The translations under genes were made by a program, and so were the position numbers. Shown here piece by piece: positions 43,641-50,629 of a stretch of DNA of 64,000 nucleotides (the first letter of the stretch is position 1; every line of letters starts with the position of its first letter). The stretch is from Prochlorococcus sp. AG-355-B18 (GTDB taxonomy: Bacteria; Cyanobacteriota; Cyanobacteriia; PCC-6307; Cyanobiaceae). The stretch lies in assembly GCA_003280965.1 (NCBI GenBank), contig QCDI01000007.1:1-64000 (forward strand), written 5' to 3'. Under the pieces are notes generated by a model. It was not told the origin of the DNA and ran no database searches. It saw only the letters and a list, made by a program, of their open reading frames with translations.

Positions 43641-44236
43641 TACTCTTCCTCCCCTGCAATGAATAAATCCTTCTCAGTTTCAAATGACATGATTGTGGTT
43701 TGAAGATTGCTCCATTGTCCAAGATAAGCATTTCCTCCACGCCATTTAATGTCATCTGGGGAAAGTACAAATTTTAATTTGTTTCTCTTAACAACTTTTA
43801 CCCAATCTTCAGTCATAACCGTGTCGTAAGGACTAAATTCAAATCCATTTTTTGCGACATCATTTCGATTTGCATCCCCATAGTTCTGATTGCAGTAAAT
43901 AAGAGGACATTCATCTATGTAAAATGCCGTGATTAAATTTGGAATACTTGGATGAAGTAAAGGATGATAGATTTTTGGATGTCTCATCATCATTTTTCCA
44001 GAATCAAAAATTCTTATCTTTTCTGAGTCTCCAAATCCTTTTGAAGGTTTCTCTTTATAAAAGAAACTGGATTCATGTTCCAATGCTTCGTGCAGAATAG
44101 GTGCTTGAATATTATCGACCCATTCATTGACGCAATTTCTATAGGTCAAATTTCCGTCATTGATCTTTTTCAGAATTTCTCCATGCTCATTATTGGCATG
44201 AAATTTTTCCAACTTTTCAGTAATAGTTGTTGTCAT
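43640..44236 (-). CDS. Hypothetical protein, 198 aa
   Basis: AAGGAGGGG RBS; consensus promoter upstream. Confidence 0.78.
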   Translation of the reverse strand: MTTTITEKLEKFHANNEHGEILKKINDGNLTYRNCVNEWVDNIQAPILHEALEHESSFFYKEKPSKGFGDSEKIRIFDSGKMMMRHPKIYHPLLHPSIPNLITAFYIDECPLIYCNQNYGDANRNDVAKNGFEFSPYDTVMTEDWVKVVKRNKLKFVLSPDDIKWRGGNAYLGQWSNLQTTIMSFETEKDLFIAGEEE

Positions 44237-44309
44237 TAGTTCCCCTCCTTTTAGGGATTAAGTGAATTTAGATTTAAAAAATAAATGGAATATTTTTATC
44301 TTTTCTTTG

Positions 44310-44333
44310 AGTTGACCCTTTCGGGTCTATTCA
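44310..44333 (-). repeat. 24-bp leader hairpin motif, copy 1
   Basis: Plus strand AGTTGACCCTTTCGGGTCTATTCA; 23/24 identical to 55701-55724. Confidence 0.85.
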
Positions 44334-44429
44334 GTTGTGTTGGGTCTGAACTTCATGTTCAGGGGTTTAAAATCTGTCCCAATTAGATCACTTAAAGCGT
44401 GGTTACCAACCCTTGCTTTTTATACATAA

Positions 44430-44458
44430 ATTATACATTAAATCAATGGACTTGTCAA
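44430..44458 (-). promoter_or_regulatory. Consensus sigma70 promoter
   Basis: TTGACA (44458-44453), 17-bp spacer, TATAAT (44435-44430). Confidence 0.85.
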
Positions 44459-44640
44459 CCCATAACTCAAGTTATAGCAATTAATGTCAGGGAATCTCAA
44501 CCTCTTTCAGGAGGGTTCAGAATGTAAAAAAATTGGCGAAAAAAATTTCCATATTTCAGGTATTTTTTATCGTTCTTGGGTAACACTTTGTAGGTTAGGG
44601 AAGTTGGTCGTTTTATATACTGCGAGATCTTATGAACGAA

Positions 44641-44787
44641 TCACTTTTTGAAGATCTGTTTCTTTAACTTTGGATCCATATAAACAACTTCAATCAGTCT
44701 GTTCAAAGTGTTGAGTATATCCATTCTTGAAAATTTAGAAATATCCTTGAGCATTTCTAGGCGGATTGGGTTTAGTTTTGGTTGCAT
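44641..44787 (-). CDS. Small protein, 48 aa (not in ORF track)
   Basis: MQPKLNPIRLEMLKDISKFSRMDILNTLNRLIEVVYMDPKLKKQIFKK*; starts 3 bp after the upstream stop. Confidence 0.55.
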   Translation of the reverse strand: MQPKLNPIRLEMLKDISKFSRMDILNTLNRLIEVVYMDPKLKKQIFKK

Positions 44788-44790
44788 TGT

Positions 44791-44991
44791 CTAAATATTT
44801 TCTAATTGAGCGTTCTTCCTCAGGTTGTAAATCATATTGGTGCATTTTTTGTATATATCTGCCCTCTTATAGACTCCTAGGTCATCCATAAGGAACTGTT
44901 CTATCTTCTCGTACTTAGGAACCTCATCCTTTTTGTAGGACATCTGGAATCTATTCTGTTTGATCTTTACTGCTGGCATTTTTCTATGCAA
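44791..44991 (-). CDS. Small basic protein, possibly RHH-like
   Basis: Strand-helix-helix pattern (RFQMSY/KYEKIEQFL/RADIYKK); start uncertain. Confidence 0.55.
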   Translation of the reverse strand: MHRKMPAVKIKQNRFQMSYKKDEVPKYEKIEQFLMDDLGVYKRADIYKKCTNMIYNLRKNAQLENI

Positions 44992-45049
44992 TTTAGGTGT
45001 ACTAAATATTTATTCCGATTTTTCTTTCGCTTCTTATCGTTCGGTATTT

Positions 45050-45185
45050 TGTAGGCAAAGGTCACATGAGATAGAAAGCATACTTATATTTTTTTGATGC
45101 TTTTTAATGGGTTTTAACCCTTTGCCCTTCGGGCAAATTTCCTTCGGAACAACCTTTTGGTTAGTTATTTCTGTTTTTGCCTACA
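45050..45185. other. Multi-hairpin structured non-coding element
   Basis: 10-bp closing stem TGTAGGCAAA/TTTGCCTACA enclosing five inverted repeats. Confidence 0.7.
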
Positions 45186-45351
45186 GTAATCTTTCAACCG
45201 ATACAAAGGTATCTATACAAGTTATGTATTTGACTTATACATATATTGGGAGACCAAAACATATTGCTATGACTTGATTCAACATGATTAAACCCCACAT
45301 CATTTGATTTAATTGCCGTAAAAAGTTTATTTTTGCCTTACTGATTGAAAA

Positions 45352-45780
45352 TTATTGCTGCTTTACTAAAGGATAAACGTCTTTACATTTTGATTTTTCG
45401 TTTTGATAATCTTTGATAGCAGTATCCCATTTTGATAAATCTGCTTCTTTCCCAGAAATATATAATTCCATTTGTGCCGAATAGGTTGCTGCTTCAATCC
45501 GACTATTGAATGAAGAATTACAAAAAAGAATACTTCCAAATTTTTCATAGTCAGTAAAATCCCTATTCGCTGCATATTCAGCATTTGCCCTTTTCTTATC
45601 TAATGCTTTATATTCCAAATCCTCAATACTAGGTTTTGGTCGGAGTAAGACTGCTTTATAGTCTAAATCCTCAACTCGGAGTAAGGATTGGTTACCTTGT
45701 GCATTTAGATATGAAAAAAGTGAAACACAAATAAGAACAACAGCAAATACACTAATTAACCAAGTGTTAGTTTTATCCAT
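45352..45780 (-). CDS. Membrane-anchored hypothetical protein
   Basis: N-terminal TM; internal repeat EDLDYKA/EDLEYKA. Confidence 0.72.
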   Translation of the reverse strand: MDKTNTWLISVFAVVLICVSLFSYLNAQGNQSLLRVEDLDYKAVLLRPKPSIEDLEYKALDKKRANAEYAANRDFTDYEKFGSILFCNSSFNSRIEAATYSAQMELYISGKEADLSKWDTAIKDYQNEKSKCKDVYPLVKQQ

Positions 45781-45939
45781 TTATTTTTGCCTGACTGACT
45801 GAAAATAAACTTTATCTGCTGGATACCTTGCCTTAACAAGGTCTTCTAGATGCTTTCTATCGGCAGTATCACTCTCAACTTCAACAGTATGAGATCTTTT
45901 TTGAAAATCTACATATCGGACTTTTGCGATTATCTTCAT
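45781..45939 (-). CDS. Small protein, 52 aa (not in ORF track)
   Basis: MKIIAKVRYVDFQKRSHTVEVESDTADRKHLEDLVKARYPADKVYFQSVRQK*; ATGA overlap upstream, abuts the downstream ATG. Confidence 0.72.
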   Translation of the reverse strand: MKIIAKVRYVDFQKRSHTVEVESDTADRKHLEDLVKARYPADKVYFQSVRQK

Positions 45940-46166
45940 TTGATTTTGTCCTCAAATTCTTTGAAGGATGATTGCATTTGTCCTTTATTTTCTACTGGAT
46001 CATCTTTGTCTAGACCTCTGATCTTTCTCCATCTGGAGTACATATAACCAAGATATATTCCTTGCATGAAATTCTTTGCACCATTTTCAAGCAAATTTGT
46101 AGAAAATTTATCGTTAAATCTTCCACTTTCTAATAATTCTTTTTTCCAATCTATTTTTTCTGTCAT
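45936..46166 (-). CDS. Hypothetical protein, 76 aa
   Basis: ATGA overlap with the resolvase stop. Confidence 0.72.
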   Translation of the reverse strand: MTEKIDWKKELLESGRFNDKFSTNLLENGAKNFMQGIYLGYMYSRWRKIRGLDKDDPVENKGQMQSSFKEFEDKIK

Positions 46167-46741
46167 ACCGCTACTTCCTGTTTAACTATTCTTTGCACCA
46201 TTGAACGACTCATGCCTAATGATTTGGCAATAGTTCCTAATCCTTCGCCTTGAGATTTCTTTTTCATTACTTCAGCAACTTGAAAGTCATCATATTTGCG
46301 TTTTCTTCCAAATTTTACTCCTCTACTTAAGGCAACTGCTCTACCTTCTGAAGTTCTGGACTTAATTTGTGAGAGTTCTTGCTCTGCTGCATATCCAAGA
46401 ATTGAAACTATTAGACCAACTATCTCTTTTGACATGGTTGTTGTATCAAGTCTCTTATCTAAAGTGCGAACATTAACTCCTTTCTTGAGAAGTTTGTCTA
46501 ATTCGATTTGCATAAGAAGAGAAGTTCTTCCAAGTCTTGATAATTCAGAAAGAATAAGAAGATCTCCTTCTTCTAAAACTTCTAATAATTTTGATAATTC
46601 TTCTCTATCTCCATAACTCGAAGTTCCAGTAATCTTATCGCCATATAAAACTTCAACCCCTGCATCCTTTAATGCACGGATCTGTCTTTCTTGATCTTGA
46701 TGATCTGTAGAACATCTCCAATATCCGTAAATTGTATTCAT
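46163..46741 (-). CDS. Small serine recombinase (resolvase/invertase)
   Basis: YWRCST catalytic Ser, LSRLGR, GVKFGRK, C-terminal HTH. Confidence 0.93.
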   Translation of the reverse strand: MNTIYGYWRCSTDHQDQERQIRALKDAGVEVLYGDKITGTSSYGDREELSKLLEVLEEGDLLILSELSRLGRTSLLMQIELDKLLKKGVNVRTLDKRLDTTTMSKEIVGLIVSILGYAAEQELSQIKSRTSEGRAVALSRGVKFGRKRKYDDFQVAEVMKKKSQGEGLGTIAKSLGMSRSMVQRIVKQEVAV

Positions 46742-46757
46742 TTTCTGGGGGTAAATC

Positions 46758-46861
46758 TGATATTAATATCATAATATTCCGATACAGTATTTCAATACAC
46801 TCAAACCCCAATATTTGTGTTTCTTTACATGGTATATCGAATTTCTTAATTTTCGATACAC
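46758..46861. promoter_or_regulatory. Putative res site
   Basis: Palindrome TGATATTAATATCA; repeated C(G/A)ATACA half-sites; inverted repeat GTATATCGAA...TTCGATACAC directly upstream of the resolvase. Confidence 0.55.
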
Positions 46862-46941
46862 TTTTGCCCCTTCAGGATCGCCTGTAAGGGCATTGAATTT
46901 TTATTTGCTTCCCAAAGTACCTTCGATTAATCTATTATTAC

Positions 46942-46957
46942 TAATACAGATGTACTA
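46942..46957. promoter_or_regulatory. Putative cyanobacterial LexA box
   Basis: TAATACAGATGTACTA, one mismatch to AGTAC-N4-GTACT, 6 bp before an ATG. Confidence 0.65.
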
Positions 46958-46963
46958 CTAATA

Positions 46964-47209
46964 ATGATTGAAGAAGAAGAGTGGAGTTATCTCAATGATT
47001 GGGAAGAAGATCAACTAAGAAAGAAGAAAACAAAGATTTGTATGTGTTGCGATCACTTTCGTTATGCCTGTACTGTTCAATGCGTGACTCTTTTAACTTG
47101 TCCTGTCCATCAGAAATTAATACCTCAAGGAGATCATCTAATAAAAGGATGCAAATACTGGGTAAAAAGAAGAGAACTTCGTGAAGGTTGGTGTCCCGAA
47201 GTTGCTTAA
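46964..47209 (+). CDS. Cys-rich small protein
   Basis: CMCCDHF...TCPVH...GCKYW; possible metal binding. Confidence 0.72.
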   Translation: MIEEEEWSYLNDWEEDQLRKKKTKICMCCDHFRYACTVQCVTLLTCPVHQKLIPQGDHLIKGCKYWVKRRELREGWCPEVA

Positions 47210-47287
47210 TTTAGTTAATTATTTTTTTAATCTTTTCCAGATTCCATTTATCAAATTTATATAATAATAAAACAGAGTTTTTTCAAA

Positions 47288-47575
47288 ATGGCAAAAGGTT
47301 ATTGGTTATCAACAGGATCTATTAAAGATGGTGAAGGAATGCAACCTTATTTAAAAGCGTTAAAAGATTGGTTACCTTCTGTTAATGGAGCATTTTTTGT
47401 TAGAGATTTGGCAACTATCGAGAAGGAAAGTACTCTTGGACATCTAACAGTAATTATTGAATTTCCATCAAAAGAAGATGCAGTTTCTGCATATGAATCA
47501 GAGGAATATCAAAAGATGATTCCCTTAAGAACTCCATATTCTGATCTAACTCTTACCATCTTTGAGGGAGTTTAA
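47288..47575 (+). CDS. DUF1330 family protein
   Basis: IIEFPSKEDAVSAYESEEYQ. Confidence 0.85.
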   Translation: MAKGYWLSTGSIKDGEGMQPYLKALKDWLPSVNGAFFVRDLATIEKESTLGHLTVIIEFPSKEDAVSAYESEEYQKMIPLRTPYSDLTLTIFEGV

Positions 47576-47579
47576 CGAT

Positions 47580-48443
47580 TCATAAAACTAAATTTTCTAA
47601 ATCTTTTAACTCTTTATCTGAAGTTAAAATTACGCTTGTTGAATTTGCAAGTGCTTCAGCAGATTTAGTAAATCCACTTTTTGCTACTACAACAGAATGA
47701 GTGCCTTTCCAATAAATCATACCTGCTGCGATTTCTTGAACTGCTTTATTCCCTACTGCTTTGGCAAAACACTTACATTGAATACATACTCTTACATCTT
47801 CAATAGAAGCAATTAAATCTACGCCTTGATCTCCAGTTGTTGAAGTATCTTCAACTTCCCATCCAGCATTTTCTAGTATTGTTTTGCAATATTGTTCATA
47901 CTCAATTCCATCCATTGAATCAATATCTTTATTACTTGCTCCTTGAGAATCAACTTTGTCACATACTTCATCTATTTCATCTTCTATCCAATCTTCTAAA
48001 TCTAAGTCAATATAAAGATCGTAAAAATCTCCATAAACATCTATTTTTTCTTGTATAACTTCATCTATAAAATATCGAATACCAGTTACTTTTTTCTTCC
48101 CGAAATCATAATCCAACGCCCATCCTTTATCTTCTTCTACTCCATACTGATTTTTCTTCAAATATTTTTTTCTATCAATAGTTAAAGCATATTTGTGTTT
48201 TTTTATAAGTTTTCTGCATTTCTTTTTAAATTTATCAATTTCTTTTGCTTCTTCTTTCTTTTTTTCTTCTTTCTTTAATGCTGTAATTTTTGCATTTTTA
48301 ATACGAAGTTTATTAGTTCTAATTAATGCAAAAACGAATAAAAAAAAGATAAATAAAATCCCAACAATTCCACCTGCTGTTTCTGCTCTACTTCCTGCAA
48401 ATATTGTATTTCCATTAGCGTCTCTTAATATGACTTGATTCAT
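47580..48443 (-). CDS. Membrane-anchored Mrr-like restriction endonuclease
   Basis: N-terminal TM; C-terminal GIEYE...GDQGVDL...IQCK...VGNKAVQE. Confidence 0.85.
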   Translation of the reverse strand: MNQVILRDANGNTIFAGSRAETAGGIVGILFIFFLFVFALIRTNKLRIKNAKITALKKEEKKKEEAKEIDKFKKKCRKLIKKHKYALTIDRKKYLKKNQYGVEEDKGWALDYDFGKKKVTGIRYFIDEVIQEKIDVYGDFYDLYIDLDLEDWIEDEIDEVCDKVDSQGASNKDIDSMDGIEYEQYCKTILENAGWEVEDTSTTGDQGVDLIASIEDVRVCIQCKCFAKAVGNKAVQEIAAGMIYWKGTHSVVVAKSGFTKSAEALANSTSVILTSDKELKDLENLVL

Positions 48444-48503
48444 TTATTTAAAAGATATGTCAATTAGTATAAGATTAACTTTAAATTTCTAGAAAATTTA
48501 TAA

Positions 48504-49112
48504 ATGGAAGGAAGTGTTTATGTTCTAACCAATCCTGCAATGCCTAATATGGTCAAGATTGGTAAGACAACAAGAGATGTAGAACTTCGACTTGCTGATC
48601 TATATTCAACTGGAGTTCCTCTTCCTTTTGAATGTGAGTATGCAGCGAAAGTTAAAGATGTAGATAAGACAGAAAAAGCATTTCATACAGCATTTGAACC
48701 AAGCAGAGTTAATCCAAAAAGAGAATTTTTCAATATCAATCCAGAACAGGCAATTGCTGTTTTATCACTAATGGCGATTGAAGATGTGACTCCAAGTGTT
48801 CAAGACGAAGCAAAAAAAATTGATATAGAAGCATCTGCCTCTGCTGAGAAATTTAAAAAGAAAAGAAGACCTACTATTAATTACTTTGAGATGGGTTTAA
48901 AAGAAGGAGATATTTTAAAATTCGGGAGAAATGAAGAATCCTGCACAGTCTTAAATGGAAGGCAAGTTACCTATAAAGGGGAACCTTGGTTTTTATCAAA
49001 TTTAACTAATAAGTTATTAGATAGAACTGGTCCTATGGATGGATCGCCTTATTGGTATTTTAACGGTAAAAACCTTAAAGATTTATACAACGAAACTTAT
49101 TCAATAGATTGA
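48504..49112 (+). CDS. GIY-YIG T5orf172-family nuclease with RAMA-like C-terminus
   Basis: VYVLTNPAMP..VKIGKT, TGVPLPF, REFF; C-terminal GSPYWYFNGKNL. Confidence 0.8.
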   Translation: MEGSVYVLTNPAMPNMVKIGKTTRDVELRLADLYSTGVPLPFECEYAAKVKDVDKTEKAFHTAFEPSRVNPKREFFNINPEQAIAVLSLMAIEDVTPSVQDEAKKIDIEASASAEKFKKKRRPTINYFEMGLKEGDILKFGRNEESCTVLNGRQVTYKGEPWFLSNLTNKLLDRTGPMDGSPYWYFNGKNLKDLYNETYSID

Positions 49113-49200
49113 TTTTCAATATTTGGTGGCGATAAGAGTGCAAATGAAAAATTAAGTATATAAATTAAATTTTTCGATGTTTCTAATCAGGAACAGAATT

Positions 49201-49221
49201 ATGACTAAAGTGTTTAGTCAT
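49201..49221. promoter_or_regulatory. Perfect inverted repeat upstream of the helicase operon
   Basis: ATGACTAAA-GTG-TTTAGTCAT. Confidence 0.5.
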
Positions 49222-49267
49222 TACTATTATTTTAGTGATACTCTTACAATCATAAAAACTAAAAAAT

Positions 49268-49858
49268 ATGAACCTTCTTTTAACTATTGCTGCTGTTGCG
49301 AATCCAGTTTTAACAGCATTACTGACTATTTTAGTTTTCCTAGAGTCTAAAAAATCAAAAAAACAAATAGAAGATATTCAAAATTCAATCAATACTGGTA
49401 ATCAATCAATTGTTACCTCAGTTGTGAAACAGAAAGATGATTTTACAAAGTTAGCAGAAAGTTTTGAAGCATTATCAAAAGATACAGAAGAGTCAGCAAA
49501 GAGTTTTGTAGAAATATCAAATGCATTAACAAAAAGTTCTGCAGTTAGTAAAGAAGCACTTGGAAAAGTAACTTCAGGACTAGAAAATCATGCCACTTTG
49601 GTAACGGGAATGATTGATACACTTACTGCAAAAGTTACAAATACAAGTGCTGATTCTATTAAAGGTATTACTGATAAAGTTTCAGAAGCAATGGATAATA
49701 TTAACGATGCTGTTTCTAAAATCGAAACCTCTCAAAATAGTCTAAAAGATAACTTAACTGAATCAATTTCAAAACTTTCTGAAAGTACTGAGAATACGAA
49801 TAAATCTATCAGTTCTCTTAAAGAAGCACTCAAAAATATGGTTTCTCTCAATCAATAA
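49268..49858 (+). CDS. N-terminal TM plus long S/T/E/K-rich coiled-coil protein
   Basis: Hydrophobic residues 1-25, then amphipathic helical repeats. Confidence 0.8.
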   Translation: MNLLLTIAAVANPVLTALLTILVFLESKKSKKQIEDIQNSINTGNQSIVTSVVKQKDDFTKLAESFEALSKDTEESAKSFVEISNALTKSSAVSKEALGKVTSGLENHATLVTGMIDTLTAKVTNTSADSIKGITDKVSEAMDNINDAVSKIETSQNSLKDNLTESISKLSESTENTNKSISSLKEALKNMVSLNQ

Positions 49859-50629
49859 ATGGAAGATTCTCTTAGCAAACAATATTTACTCTATTTAAGA
49901 GATATGAGTAGAAAGGTAGTATATGGTGCTTCTGGTTCTGCTGGAGATTATTCAAAAGTTTTAATTGGTGGTTCAAAGCAAAAAAATGCTAGAAAATTTC
50001 CAAGGATGACAGATATAAAATTAAAAAAAATGATGGGTAATCCAGAAGGATTTAGAAGACAACAGGATCAAGAGAATATTGGTAATGGTATTTTTTGTGG
50101 GATCGGACTTATTGCGGGTACATATAGTAAAAAAGTCCGTGGTCAAAAATCTCTTCGTATGATTGCAGCACCTGCAATATACGGTCAAATACTCTTTGAA
50201 GAAGATAGTGAGGGTGAAAGTGAGATTTCAGAATGGATAGTTAATTATGATATCGCTTCAGCGTTGATTACTCGGAACGCTAATGAAGAGGATGAGGCAT
50301 ATGCTGCTTTTAGCGAAGATGAGGATGATATAACAGGCAACAAGTTAGTCGATGAGATCGAAACTGAATTAGATAAATATGAGAATCCTAGTATTGAATT
50401 AATAGAAGAACTATCTATGAAATTCATAGATGGATTTTCTAAACTTACTGAGACAGAATTGGAAATTACTGAAGAACCTCTTTCTACAGTTAATTCTGCA
50501 ATAAAAGCAAAAGACAATAATATAAGAAAATTTTTCTTTTGTCCCGGGGATTGGATTTTTTTCGCTCCAATACCTGAGGGACTTAGTACATATCAAGCAT
50601 TAAATGATCTTTCTAAAGAAATAACATAA
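49859..50629 (+). CDS. Unknown protein, possibly a detached DUF4011-like helicase N-terminal domain
   Basis: ATG abuts the upstream stop; TAATG coupling to the helicase. Confidence 0.7.
   Translation: MEDSLSKQYLLYLRDMSRKVVYGASGSAGDYSKVLIGGSKQKNARKFPRMTDIKLKKMMGNPEGFRRQQDQENIGNGIFCGIGLIAGTYSKKVRGQKSLRMIAAPAIYGQILFEEDSEGESEISEWIVNYDIASALITRNANEEDEAYAAFSEDEDDITGNKLVDEIETELDKYENPSIELIEELSMKFIDGFSKLTETELEITEEPLSTVNSAIKAKDNNIRKFFFCPGDWIFFAPIPEGLSTYQALNDLSKEIT

Noticed and set aside
45050..45185. Retron msr/msd or tRNA
   Set aside because: No reverse transcriptase in the window; no tRNA D-loop or T-loop consensus
45226..45240. NtcA site
   Set aside because: Spacing is GTA-N9-TAC, not N8
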